A stretch of 62,563 nt of DNA, counting the filler, from Pseudomonadota bacterium (lineage in GTDB: Bacteria; Desulfobacterota; Desulfobacteria; Desulfobacterales; JBDRRP01): the NCBI GenBank assembly GCA_043825735.1. It is 5 parts of 5 records of this genome, joined end to end, with 100 filler letters (N's around TTAATTAATTAA, not from the genome) between each part and the next. Parts side by side here need not be neighbours in the genome. Positions count along the whole stretch, not along the records: positions 1 to 17,015 come from JBDRRP010000074.1; 4 more parts are not named here. One strand, given 5' to 3'. How positions within the stretch are numbered: the stretch's first letter is position 1; the number at the start of each line of letters is the position of its first letter. Made by a program: the position numbers and the translations under genes. Positions 1 through 9,707 of this stretch are shown in pieces. The notes beneath the pieces are model-generated. The model worked only from the letters and a program-made list of their open reading frames with translations. It did no database searches and had not been told where the DNA came from.

Positions 1-193
1 ACTTTGAAAGGAATAACTAATTTAATCAAATCCTGAAAAGACGGGAGCTTGCCGCCGATTTGCTTTCACCTTGTTGTAAGCAAAAAATAATAATTTCTAC
101 AGTAAATTCAATCATCATAAAATGTTGGTGGTGGATTAAGGTCGCACGTGGAGATGGCACCCGAGGAGACGCGGCGGGCGCATCGGTGACCCG

Positions 194-913
194 TTATCGG
201 CGGAGCGCCGCGGCCCGGCGGACCTCATCCAGGGACCAAGGAGAGAAATCCAGCCCGAAGAGGTCGGCGACGTGTTCCGCCATGGTCCGGCGGATGGCGG
301 ACGCTGCCACCGGCGTGCCCAGCCGGCGTGCCATGGACGTCATTCGAACCCCCTGGATGCCGCAGGGCGTGATTAGGTCGAAATGGCTCAGATCCGGATC
401 GCAGTTCAGGGCAAGGCCGTGAAAGGTGATTCCCCGGCGCACGGCAATGCCGATGGAGGCGATCTTTTCATCTCCGGTCCAGACCCCCCGGTAGCCCGGC
501 CGGCGGTTGCCGGTCAGTCCGAAGTCGGCCAGGGTCCGCAGGAGCACTTCTTCGAGCCGGGTCACCAGATCACCCACCCCGAGGTGCATGGAACGAATGT
601 CAAAGATGGGATAGGCCACCAGTTGGCCCGGGCCGTGGTAGGTCGCCAGCCCCCCCCGCTCGACGCGGTGGACCAAAATGCCCTTTTCGGACAGGCATGC
701 CGATGATACCCGAACATCGGTCGGTTCGGACCGGCGTCCCAGGGTCAACACCGGTTCGTGTTCGGTCAGGATCAGAACCTCGGGAAGCCCGGCGCCGCTC
801 TTGGCCTCAACCAGGCCCCGCATCAGTTCCAGGCCCTCCCGGTAGGCAAGGCTGGGGACATCCAGCAGGCGGGCGTCCACGGGCGCCCTATGGGGCGAGG
901 CCGAGGGGTTCAC
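194..913 (-). CDS. lipB: Lipoyl(octanoyl) transferase
   Basis: EHEPVLTLGR, RGGLATYHGPGQLVAYPI, KIASIGI, HGLALN and ITPCG motifs of LipB; overlaps the stop of the upstream regulator. Confidence 0.93.
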   Translation of the reverse strand: MNPSASPHRAPVDARLLDVPSLAYREGLELMRGLVEAKSGAGLPEVLILTEHEPVLTLGRRSEPTDVRVSSACLSEKGILVHRVERGGLATYHGPGQLVAYPIFDIRSMHLGVGDLVTRLEEVLLRTLADFGLTGNRRPGYRGVWTGDEKIASIGIAVRRGITFHGLALNCDPDLSHFDLITPCGIQGVRMTSMARRLGTPVAASAIRRTMAEHVADLFGLDFSPWSLDEVRRAAALRR

Positions 914-2898
914 CGCGGAATTCCGAATTCGTCCATCTTCCGATAGAGGGTGCTGCGGGCGATTTTGAGCACCCGGGCGGCCCGGGAGATGTTACCGCCG
1001 CACTGCTCCAGGGTCGCTTCGATGGTCTCCCGGGAATTCTGGCGCAGCGAGAGGGCGCGGTAGGCGCCCGTCTCGGTGCGGCGCCGGGGTCGAAGGGGCA
1101 GGTGTTGCGGGCCGATGGGCTCGCCCTGGGACAGCAGCAAGGCCCGTTCACAGATGTTTTCCAACTCCCGGACATTGCCTGGCCAGTCGTAGGCGGTCAG
1201 CTTTTCCATGGCCTCCCTGGTGATTTCGGGGAGGCAGGTCGCGGTCTCGCGACAGTGCCGTTCGAGGATGTGCCGGGCGAGCCGTTCGATATCCTTCTGC
1301 CGTCGGCGCAGGGGCGGGATGAAGATTTCCACCACATTGAGCCGATAGTAAAGAGCCTCCCGGAAATTGCCGTTTTCCACCTCGTCGAGCAGGTCCTTGT
1401 TCGAGGCGGCGATCACCCGGACATCCACTGCGATGGGCCGGCTGTCGCCCAGCCGCAGGATTTCGTTCTGCTGGAGCACTCGGAGCAGCTTGCCCTGAAG
1501 CTCCAGGGGTAGCCCGTTGATCTCGTCCAGAAACAGGGTGCCCCGGTGGGCCAGTTCGAACTTGCCCACCATGCCCTTCTGGCGCGCTCCGGTAAAGGCC
1601 CCGCCGATGTAGCCGAACAGCTCCGATTCGATCAGGTCCCGGGGAATGGCGGCACAGGAAATGGCCACGAAGGGTTCGTTGCGCCGGGTGCTGTGACTGT
1701 GGATGGCATGGGCGAATAGCTCCTTTCCAGTGCCGCTTTCTCCGATCAACAGCACCCGGCTCGCGGTTTTCGCCGCAATGCGCGCCAGTTCGATCTGGCG
1801 CTTGAGTTCCGGATCCTCTCCCTTGATGTCGCCGAACTCGTACTTGGCATAGTTGCCGCTGATTTTTCGCACCATATCGAACATCTGCCGCTTTTCGGAC
1901 ATGGTGATGATCACGCCCATCAGCTTGTAGGACGGGTTCTGGATGGGGTCGACCCGGCACATGTAGGTTTTGAAACCGCCCGGAGTCTTGAAGGGAATTT
2001 CCCCGGGATCAAAGCGTTCCCGGGATTCGAAGGTTTCGATGAGCGTTTCGTCCAGAAGGGCCACTTCGTCGAGGCGGCGTCCCACGACGGTTTCCGGGGC
2101 CTCCATGCCAAGCATCTTGGCCGCCGTGCTGTTCAGATGGGTGATTTCCAGGGTATTGTCCACCGCCATGAACCCGTCGGTGAGCGAATCGTAGATACGG
2201 GTCAGCATGGTGTTGAGCCGCCGCTCCTTCTCGATGAGGGCGCGCTCCCGAAGCTGGGTCTCGATGGTCTTGGCCGACGCGGTGACCAGGGCCAAGGTGT
2301 GCTTGTGGCGACCGATGGAGCATCCGGAAAGGGTGATCAGCCCGATGATCCGCTCCTCGGGGTCGCGGATCGGCGCCGACGAACAGGTCCAGAAATGGTA
2401 GTGGATGTTGTAGTGCTCGGCGCCGGTGAGCTGAACCGGCTGGCCCTCCTCCAGGGCCAGGGCGATGGCGTTGGTGCCCGAGTGACGGCTGTCGCGCAGG
2501 CAGCCCGGGACATATTTGCGTCGGCCGGCCATCTCGAGAATTTCCCGGTCACCCATGGTTTCAAGGACCAGTGCCTGGCGGTCGGCCAGGGTCACGATGA
2601 ACCCGGTACCCCGCACCGAGATTTCGATCATTTCCATGACCGGCTTGGAGATGTCGATCAGATCCCGGTTCCGGTGTTTCAGGCGTGCCAGTTCCGCGGC
2701 GGGAATGACCGGAGGCGGCGTCTCTGTGTAGGGATCGACCCCGGCCTCCCGGCACCGGATCCAGGACTCGAGCACCCGGGGCCGAACCGGCACCCGGGGC
2801 GGGCGGCCCTTGATGACCACGTCCTCCCAGGCGCCCTTGGGATCTTCGATCAGGCGGATCCGTTCGGGTGCGTCCGGTTCGATGGGCAGTGGCTCCAT
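910..2898 (-). CDS. acoR: Sigma54-dependent activator, AcoR-like (GAF-PAS-AAA+-Fis HTH)
   Basis: N-terminal ESWIRC/GTNAI GAF region, GESGTGKE Walker A, GAFTGA, LFLDEI, WPGNVRELEN and a C-terminal Fis HTH; start chosen at ATG 2898. Confidence 0.85.
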   Translation of the reverse strand: MEPLPIEPDAPERIRLIEDPKGAWEDVVIKGRPPRVPVRPRVLESWIRCREAGVDPYTETPPPVIPAAELARLKHRNRDLIDISKPVMEMIEISVRGTGFIVTLADRQALVLETMGDREILEMAGRRKYVPGCLRDSRHSGTNAIALALEEGQPVQLTGAEHYNIHYHFWTCSSAPIRDPEERIIGLITLSGCSIGRHKHTLALVTASAKTIETQLRERALIEKERRLNTMLTRIYDSLTDGFMAVDNTLEITHLNSTAAKMLGMEAPETVVGRRLDEVALLDETLIETFESRERFDPGEIPFKTPGGFKTYMCRVDPIQNPSYKLMGVIITMSEKRQMFDMVRKISGNYAKYEFGDIKGEDPELKRQIELARIAAKTASRVLLIGESGTGKELFAHAIHSHSTRRNEPFVAISCAAIPRDLIESELFGYIGGAFTGARQKGMVGKFELAHRGTLFLDEINGLPLELQGKLLRVLQQNEILRLGDSRPIAVDVRVIAASNKDLLDEVENGNFREALYYRLNVVEIFIPPLRRRQKDIERLARHILERHCRETATCLPEITREAMEKLTAYDWPGNVRELENICERALLLSQGEPIGPQHLPLRPRRRTETGAYRALSLRQNSRETIEATLEQCGGNISRAARVLKIARSTLYRKMDEFGIPR

Positions 2899-3194
2899 GA
2901 TCGGGGGACAAGCTCCTCGGGGTTCGGGCAACGGCCGCCGGAGGCGGCTCCGGAGAAACGGTTTCCTCTCTATCGGAGATGGAGATGTTTGTAAAGGAGA
3001 TCGATGTAACTACTCAGGTAGCCCCACCATGGAACCACAATTGACTGGCGAGTAATATATCCCCCTCACGAATGCAAGCAAAAAAATAAAGATTGCAATG
3101 TAAATTCAAATCGAAAAAATTAAAATGGCTCATTTTCTATCCAATATCAAAATATTACATGCCGGTCAGCGAACTTTAACCTGACAACCGTGAC

Positions 3195-4895
3195 TTAATC
3201 TAATTTTTCCAAAAGATCGATAGGCGGCACACATTTCGGATCCGTCATTACGTCAATCAGAACGGGTCCGTCTGTGGCAAAAGCTTTTTTTATAGCTCCC
3301 GCTATCTCTTCCGTTCTGCCGACTCTTATGCCTTTTACTCCGCATGCCTCCGCAATCGTCACATGATCCACATAGGTTAAATCACAAACATTTGTATATC
3401 TTCCTACCAGCACTTTTTCATACCATTTTTGATACCCCAATACGGAATTGTTGATTATCGCAATAACTACATTTACTTTTTCTCTCCTGCATGTCTCCAA
3501 TTCACTCCAGACGTGTGCGAATCCGCCGTCACCGGCAAGACAGAAAACTTTTCTGCCGGGCTGTGCGACCTTGGCCCCTATAGCGAGCGGAAGCCCCCAG
3601 CCGATACCCGCTATCCCTCTCGGAAACACAAATTTTCTGTTATCTTTTGCGCTTATATAATTTGACAGCCATACGGAAGAGAAGCTCGCATCGGATACGA
3701 TTATATGATCTTTGGTCAGCTGTCTATCCAATTCCGCCAAAAATCTTTCAATTCTGACAGGAGATTGATTTGATTCGGTTACATCAGAGGCCTCTTTTAT
3801 ATGCGCTTCCTTTGCTTCCGCGATATGGGCCTCAAGAGCAGCGCGTTTTTCTATCCTCTTTTTCAGATCTTTTTTCAACAAAGCATCCTTCAAAGCCGCG
3901 AGAGTTAATTTCGCATCTCCAATCAGCCTTAAAGCTTCATAATTCCGCCCCACTTCAAGAGGCTCAACGTCAATTTGTATGTACGTCGCTCCGTAAGGCA
4001 GCAATGTCCATACATCCGTGCCGTTTTGGTTTGTCCTGTTTCCCACAAGCAGTATGACATCGGCTTCCTTGACCATGGGTTTTAAAAACTTCGCGTATCC
4101 TCTTTTACCCATATAATAGCCTATCGGTCCCATTGAAAGCGGATGGCCTTCGTCTATCGAGCCTTTTCCCATACTTGTAGTTGCCACGGGGATTGCGCAT
4201 TCTTCCTGAATCTGCCTAATTTCTTCCTGCCCGCCGGAAGAAATTAGGCCTCCGCCCGCATAGATAAATGGCCTTTCGGCATTTGCGAGAAGCACCGCGG
4301 CCTCTTCGATTTTTGCGGGATCCGCAATATTCCTGTCCAAAGGATATCGGCCGAGACAGGCTTTTCTTTTATCGTCAACGGGATATTCCGCGGTATTCAT
4401 GAACATATCCGTAGGACAGAGCAATACGGCAGGACCCGGCCTTCCGCTGGCGGCAGCGACAAATGCCATGTCAACATAGTCTTCTATCCGCTCCTGGCAT
4501 GGGATCTTGTCAACCCATTTGGATACACCTGAAAATAGTTTAAAATGATCAAGCTCCTGAAAAGCATTTTTGTTTAATGTAGGTGTCGCTATATCCTGTA
4601 CGATGGCAACTACCGGATGCCCCGCTTTAAAGCATTCCGCCAAACCCGCCACCAGCAGAGCTGCCGCTGGTCCGCACTGCGCTGCAACAACCGGCACGGT
4701 TCCCGAACACATTCCGTAAGCTTGCGCCATATAAGCCCCCGCGTTTTCCTGCCTGAATCCTATCTGCCTTATGCCTAAATCATTGCATGCCAAAACTATA
4801 GGAAAAGGATTGCTCTGGGCGAATATATTTGTAACACCGTTCTTTTTTAACGCCATCGCTAATCTTTTGGCGTTTGAAGCAGTCATATTACTCAT
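3195..4895 (-). CDS. ThDP-dependent enzyme, acetolactate synthase large-subunit-like
   Basis: FRQENAG catalytic Glu region, SGRPGPA, GDGGF...NN ThDP-binding motif; AGGAGA RBS; visibly AT-richer than flanks. Confidence 0.85.
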   Translation of the reverse strand: MSNMTASNAKRLAMALKKNGVTNIFAQSNPFPIVLACNDLGIRQIGFRQENAGAYMAQAYGMCSGTVPVVAAQCGPAAALLVAGLAECFKAGHPVVAIVQDIATPTLNKNAFQELDHFKLFSGVSKWVDKIPCQERIEDYVDMAFVAAASGRPGPAVLLCPTDMFMNTAEYPVDDKRKACLGRYPLDRNIADPAKIEEAAVLLANAERPFIYAGGGLISSGGQEEIRQIQEECAIPVATTSMGKGSIDEGHPLSMGPIGYYMGKRGYAKFLKPMVKEADVILLVGNRTNQNGTDVWTLLPYGATYIQIDVEPLEVGRNYEALRLIGDAKLTLAALKDALLKKDLKKRIEKRAALEAHIAEAKEAHIKEASDVTESNQSPVRIERFLAELDRQLTKDHIIVSDASFSSVWLSNYISAKDNRKFVFPRGIAGIGWGLPLAIGAKVAQPGRKVFCLAGDGGFAHVWSELETCRREKVNVVIAIINNSVLGYQKWYEKVLVGRYTNVCDLTYVDHVTIAEACGVKGIRVGRTEEIAGAIKKAFATDGPVLIDVMTDPKCVPPIDLLEKLD

Positions 4896-4912
4896 AATTT
4901 ATTTCTCCTTAC

Positions 4913-5836
4913 TCAATCATTATCGCTTAAACCGTCTTTTGCGAAAATTTCACCAAGGGGCGGACAAGATGGACCTACGGCCCGGCGGTAAAGCTCGCCG
5001 GCGCGAAAGGAGCTGCGCACCAGCGGTGCGCTGGCAACGGCCGAAAAGCCCATATCCAGGGCGATCCGGCCGTATCGCTCGAATTCCTCGGGCGGAACGT
5101 ACCGCCGCACCGGGTGATGCGCCTCCGAGGGGGGCAGGTACTGGCCCAGGGTCAGCAGTCGGCAGCCGGCCCGTCGGAGGTCCTCGAGGGTGTCGAGCAG
5201 TTCGGTGCGCCGTTCCCCCAGTCCGAACATGAGGCCCGACTTGGTGACGGGCGCTGGGCGCCGGGCCGCGGCCCGGGCCAGCAACTCGAGAGATCGGTGG
5301 TAGTCGGCGCCCGGCCGCACCGCCGGATAGAGTCGCGGCACCGTTTCCAGGTTGTGGTTGAGAACCCGGGGGCCGGCGGCCAGCACCGTTTCCAGGGCCC
5401 GGGCATCGCCCCGGAGGTCCGAGATGAGCACTTCGACGCCGATATCGGGGTTCTTCCGCCGGATCGCCGCGATGGTCCGGGCCACGTGGCCGGCGCCACC
5501 GTCGGGCAGATCGTCCCGGGCCACCATGGTCAACACACAAAAATCGAGCCCCATCTTCCGGATGGCCCGGGCGGTGCGCTGCGGCTCGTCGGGGTCGGGG
5601 GGGCGGACCGGGGATTTGTCCACCGCGCAGAACCGGCATCGCCGCGTACAGGAAGGGCCCAGCAGCAGGAAGGTGGCCGTGCCCCGCCGGAAGCAGGTCA
5701 TCTGATTGGGACAGCGGGCCTCGGCGCAGACCGTGTGCAGGGCATGCTGGCGCACGGTGGTCATCACCGCCGGGCAGTCGGCCGATCCGCTGATGCGGGT
5801 CCTGAGCCATGGCGGCTTGGGCGGATGTCGGTTCAT
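4913..5836 (-). CDS. lipA: Lipoyl synthase
   Basis: KPPWL, CAEARCPNQMTC (CX4CX5C), CTRRCRFC radical-SAM motif, NHNLETVPRLY, VRSSF. Confidence 0.95.
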   Translation of the reverse strand: MNRHPPKPPWLRTRISGSADCPAVMTTVRQHALHTVCAEARCPNQMTCFRRGTATFLLLGPSCTRRCRFCAVDKSPVRPPDPDEPQRTARAIRKMGLDFCVLTMVARDDLPDGGAGHVARTIAAIRRKNPDIGVEVLISDLRGDARALETVLAAGPRVLNHNLETVPRLYPAVRPGADYHRSLELLARAAARRPAPVTKSGLMFGLGERRTELLDTLEDLRRAGCRLLTLGQYLPPSEAHHPVRRYVPPEEFERYGRIALDMGFSAVASAPLVRSSFRAGELYRRAVGPSCPPLGEIFAKDGLSDND

Positions 5837-6070
5837 GGCGGCGCTCTTCACGATAGAGGATCGAAGCGATCCCAAATCGGTGTCGATGAGATGGCTTCCG
5901 GTAAGGCCTGTTCGCCGAGACTTGGAGACTGACGGAGGCGCAAAACCTCTGAAAGCAACTTTGCGGCCAGATTAGCAGAACGGCGCCGAATGTCAAGCCC
6001 CGGGGGAAAGTCTGGCCGCGGCCGCTGTCAGAGGGGCCGGCAACATCCGATCCGGACCGGCCGAGGCCCC

Positions 6071-6124
6071 TGTGCCATTCGGACATGTTGTATCAAAATC
6101 GGCCAATTGTTGTTTTCTGAAACA
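6071..6124 (+). promoter_or_regulatory. Candidate upstream activator sites for the sigma54 activator
   Basis: TGT-Nx-ACA dyads (TGTGCCATTCGGACA; TGTTTTCTGAAACA) about 90-145 bp upstream of the -24/-12 promoter. Confidence 0.4.
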
Positions 6125-6183
6125 GATTCGATGCAGCTATCGAAGCCGGTTGCAGGCGCGGATGCAATAAAATAATAATGCCA

Positions 6184-6196
6184 AATCAACTTGTTA
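6184..6196 (+). promoter_or_regulatory. IHF binding site
   Basis: AATCAACTTGTTA matches WATCAANNNNTTR, lying between the putative UAS and the sigma54 promoter. Confidence 0.6.
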
Positions 6197-6213
6197 GATA
6201 TATCGATCCGGGT

Positions 6214-6230
6214 TTGGCATTTCCGTTGCA
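6214..6230 (+). promoter_or_regulatory. Sigma54 (-24/-12) promoter of the dehydrogenase operon
   Basis: TTGGCATTTCCGTTGCA with exact GG-N10-GC spacing (GG 6216-17, GC 6228-29). Confidence 0.85.
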
Positions 6231-6374
6231 GTGTTTGTTTTGATTATATTCTGATCAATCCGACGGTTGCCGTTCGGTCGCGCCCGTCCCAACGTTACGT
6301 TCTTTTCCCGGATACCCGTGGCGGTTCCGAAGATCCGCCATATTCAAGCTTTGACAAGGATGAGGAGGTTTCGA

Positions 6375-7343
6375 ATGAAGCTCTCGAAAGACAAGCAGCT
6401 TGCCCTCTACACCACCATGAAAACGATCCGGCTCTTCGAAGAGCGGATCTCCGATCTGTACGCGCGCGGCCAGATTCCCGGCCTGGTGCATCTTTACATC
6501 GGCGAGGAGGCGGTGGCGGCCGGCGTCTGTGCGGCATTGCGGGAGGACGACTACATTACCAGCACCCACCGGGGCCACGGCCACGTGATCGCCAAGGGTG
6601 CCGAGCTCAATCCGATGATGGCCGAACTTTACGGAAAAAAGACGGGCTACTGCAAGGGCAAGGGGGGATCCATGCACATCGCCGACATGACCGTGGGCAT
6701 CCTGGGCGCCAACGGTATTGCCGGCGGCGGTCTGCCCATCGCGGTGGGCGCCGGATGGTCGGCCAAGTGGCGGGGCACCGACCAGGTGGCGGTCTGTTTT
6801 TTCGGAGACGGATCCTCCAACAACGGCACCTTCCATGAAAGCCTCAATCTGGCCTCGGTGCATCGGCTTCCGGTCATTTTCGTCTGTGAGAACAACCTGT
6901 ACGGAATCTCCGTTTGCCAGGCGAAGCACCAGGCGATCACGGACGTGGCCGTGCGCGCCACCGCCTACGACATGCCCGGGGTGGTGGTCGACGGAAACGA
7001 CGTTACCGCGGTCTTCCAGGCAGCGGAAAAAGCGGTGAAAAGGGCCCGGGCCGGGGAAGGCCCCACCCTTGTCGAATGCAAAACCTACCGCTGGCGCGGG
7101 CACCACGAAGGAGATCCAAACCAGGGCGCCCGTTACCGCACCAGAGAGGAAATCGATGTCTGGAAGAACAAGTGCCCCATCGAGCGGTTCGCACGGCAGA
7201 TGGTCAGCAACCGCACCGCCACGGCCAAGAAGATCGAAGCCATCGACCGGGAGATCACCGGCCGGATCGATGCCGCGGTGGCCTACGCCGAAACGAGCGA
7301 GTTTCCCGCCTACGAGGAAATGTTCGAAGACGTCTACGTATAA
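6375..7343 (+). CDS. acoA: Acetoin/2-oxoacid dehydrogenase E1 alpha subunit
   Basis: HLYIGEEA, STHRGHGH, GKGGSMH, FFGDG...ENN, TYRWRGHHEGD; GAGGAGG RBS before ATG 6375; substrate uncertain. Confidence 0.85.
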   Translation: MKLSKDKQLALYTTMKTIRLFEERISDLYARGQIPGLVHLYIGEEAVAAGVCAALREDDYITSTHRGHGHVIAKGAELNPMMAELYGKKTGYCKGKGGSMHIADMTVGILGANGIAGGGLPIAVGAGWSAKWRGTDQVAVCFFGDGSSNNGTFHESLNLASVHRLPVIFVCENNLYGISVCQAKHQAITDVAVRATAYDMPGVVVDGNDVTAVFQAAEKAVKRARAGEGPTLVECKTYRWRGHHEGDPNQGARYRTREEIDVWKNKCPIERFARQMVSNRTATAKKIEAIDREITGRIDAAVAYAETSEFPAYEEMFEDVYV

Positions 7344-7361
7344 AGGAAGGTGTGATTCGAG

Positions 7362-8342
7362 ATGAGAGAAATAACCTATAGCGAAGCGCTGAATGAGGCA
7401 TTGCGGCAGTGTATGGAGGCCGACGAGCGGGTGGTGGTGCTCGGTGAAGACGTCGGCTGCTACGGCGGCATCTTCCAGGTAACCAAGGGCCTGCAGGAGC
7501 GGTTCGGGCCCGATCGGGTGGTGGACACCCCCATTTCCGAGGCCGGATTCGTCGGCGCCAGCGTGGGGGCGGCCCTGACCGGCATGCGGCCGGTGACCGA
7601 AATCATGTTCATCGATTTTACCACCGTGTGCATGGACATGATCATCAACCAGATGGCCAAGATGCATTATATGTTCGGCGGCAAGGGGAAGGTTCCCATG
7701 GTGCTGCGCACCAATATCGGCGCCGGCAGGGGAACGGCCGCCCAGCACTCCCAGAGCTTCCATTCCCTCTTCATGCACGTGCCCGGTCTTCTGGTGGCCG
7801 CCCCGGCCACGCCCCATGACGCCAAGGGACTGCTGATCGAGGCCATTCGCAACGACAATCCGGTCATTTTCGTCGAGCACAAGCGGCTCTACAACACCAA
7901 AGGACCGGTGCCCGAGGAAATGTACACCATCCCCTTCGGCAAGGCCGAGGTCAAGCGCAGCGGCGCGGACGTGACGGTGGTGGCCACCCATGCCCTGGTG
8001 CTCAGCGCCCTGGAAGCGGCCGATGAGGCCGCCGTTTCCGGCATCGATGTAGAGGTGGTGGATCCGCGCACCCTCACGCCCCTGGACAAGGAGACGATTC
8101 TTGCATCGGTCCGGAAGACCGGGCGCCTGCTGGTGGCCGACGAAGACAACAAGACCTGCGGGTTCGGGGCCGAAATCGCAGCCATCGCGGCCGAAGAAAC
8201 CATCGAGTACCTCAAGGCGCCGATCCTGCGGGCATGCTCCCCGGACACCCCGGTACCGTTTTCACCGCCCCTGGAGAAGCGTTACATCTTCGGCAAGGAG
8301 CAGTTGCTCAGTTCGATCAACCGCCTGATGGCCTACGCATAG
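7362..8342 (+). CDS. acoB: Acetoin/2-oxoacid dehydrogenase E1 beta subunit
   Basis: GEDVG, DTPISE, AAQHSQ, NPVIFVEHK, DPRTLTPLD. Confidence 0.87.
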   Translation: MREITYSEALNEALRQCMEADERVVVLGEDVGCYGGIFQVTKGLQERFGPDRVVDTPISEAGFVGASVGAALTGMRPVTEIMFIDFTTVCMDMIINQMAKMHYMFGGKGKVPMVLRTNIGAGRGTAAQHSQSFHSLFMHVPGLLVAAPATPHDAKGLLIEAIRNDNPVIFVEHKRLYNTKGPVPEEMYTIPFGKAEVKRSGADVTVVATHALVLSALEAADEAAVSGIDVEVVDPRTLTPLDKETILASVRKTGRLLVADEDNKTCGFGAEIAAIAAEETIEYLKAPILRACSPDTPVPFSPPLEKRYIFGKEQLLSSINRLMAYA

Positions 8343-8352
8343 AGGAGGTTCC

Positions 8353-9690
8353 GTGGCTACTGAAGTTGTCATCCCCATGCTCGGCGTAACGGTCGAAAAG
8401 GGAAAAATCCTCGAGTGGCTCAAAAAAGAAGGGGACCCGGTCGAAAAAGGAGAGAGCATATTCGTGGTGGAGGCCGACAAGGTGACCACCGAAGTGGAGG
8501 CGCCGGCCTCCGGGATCCTGGCCAGAATTCTGCTGGAGGCCGGCCGCGAGGTGCCGGTTCTCACGGTGGTCGGGATCATTACCGCGCCGGGCGAGGTATT
8601 GCCGGACGATTACCGGGCCGACACTCCGGGAGAGCCGTCGCAGTTGGCGGCGGCCCCGGCGGCCGAGACCGCTCCGCCGGTTTCAACGCCCGCTCCGGCC
8701 CCGGCGGAGCCCAAAGGACCGTTGCGGGCCGTGCCCGCGGCCCGTAAACAGGCCCGCGAGGCGGGCATCGCCCTGGAGAGCCTCCGCGGGACCGGACCGG
8801 ACGGGGTCATCTGTCTTGCGGATGTGGAAAGGGCCCTGGCCGCAGCTCCGGCCGGCCCCAAGGCCTCGCCCCTGGCACGGAAGGCGGCAGAAGCCCTCTC
8901 GGTGCCGCTGGGGCAAGTCACCGGCACGGGAGTCCGGGGGAGGATCGTGCGCAGCGACGTGGGAACGGCGGCCCGGGCGGCATCGGCGCCGGGACTGGGC
9001 AAGACGATTTCCATGGGCGCCATGCGCCAGACCATCGCCCGGCGGATGGCCGAGAGCGCCTTTACTGCGCCCCACATCTATTTTTTCGCCGACGTAGGCA
9101 TGGACGCGCTGCTCGACTACCGGCGCCGGATCCAGACGGACTTCGAGGCGCGGTTCGCCATTCGGCTTTCGGTCAACGACCTGCTGATCAAGGCCGTGGC
9201 GCTGAACATCCTGGATTTTCCGCTGCTCAATGCATCGATGAAGAATGCCGAAATCCATATCTGTCCCGAGGTTAACATCGGCCTGGCCGTGGCCCTGGAC
9301 GACGGTCTGATCGTGCCCGCGGTGGCCGGCGCCGATACCGCCGGACTGGCCGACATCGCCCGGCAGCGCGCCGACCTGGTGGATCGGGCGCGCCGCGGCC
9401 GCCTGACCATGGACGAGATTGAGCGCGGGACTTTTACCATCTCGAGCATGGCCCAGTACGACATCACCCACTTCACGGCCATTCTCAATCCGCCCCAGAG
9501 CGGCATCCTGTCCGTGGGAAGCGTCCGGGATGAACTCTACCTGGACGCCGGGACGGTCAAAAGCCGCAAGATCGTCACCCTGGGCCTGTCCGTGGACCAC
9601 CGGATCGTCGACGGCAAGGTGGCCGCCGATTTTCTTCAGAACCTCAAGCGAAGGCTGGAAAATCCGCTGTTCACCTTCACCCGAGTGTAG
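8353..9690 (+). CDS. acoC: Dihydrolipoamide acyltransferase E2
   Basis: Lipoyl domain (EADKVTTEV), two peripheral subunit-binding repeats, DHRIVDG catalytic motif. Confidence 0.88.
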   Translation: MATEVVIPMLGVTVEKGKILEWLKKEGDPVEKGESIFVVEADKVTTEVEAPASGILARILLEAGREVPVLTVVGIITAPGEVLPDDYRADTPGEPSQLAAAPAAETAPPVSTPAPAPAEPKGPLRAVPAARKQAREAGIALESLRGTGPDGVICLADVERALAAAPAGPKASPLARKAAEALSVPLGQVTGTGVRGRIVRSDVGTAARAASAPGLGKTISMGAMRQTIARRMAESAFTAPHIYFFADVGMDALLDYRRRIQTDFEARFAIRLSVNDLLIKAVALNILDFPLLNASMKNAEIHICPEVNIGLAVALDDGLIVPAVAGADTAGLADIARQRADLVDRARRGRLTMDEIERGTFTISSMAQYDITHFTAILNPPQSGILSVGSVRDELYLDAGTVKSRKIVTLGLSVDHRIVDGKVAADFLQNLKRRLENPLFTFTRV

Positions 9691-9707
9691 GGAAAAGAGG
9701 CACGATC

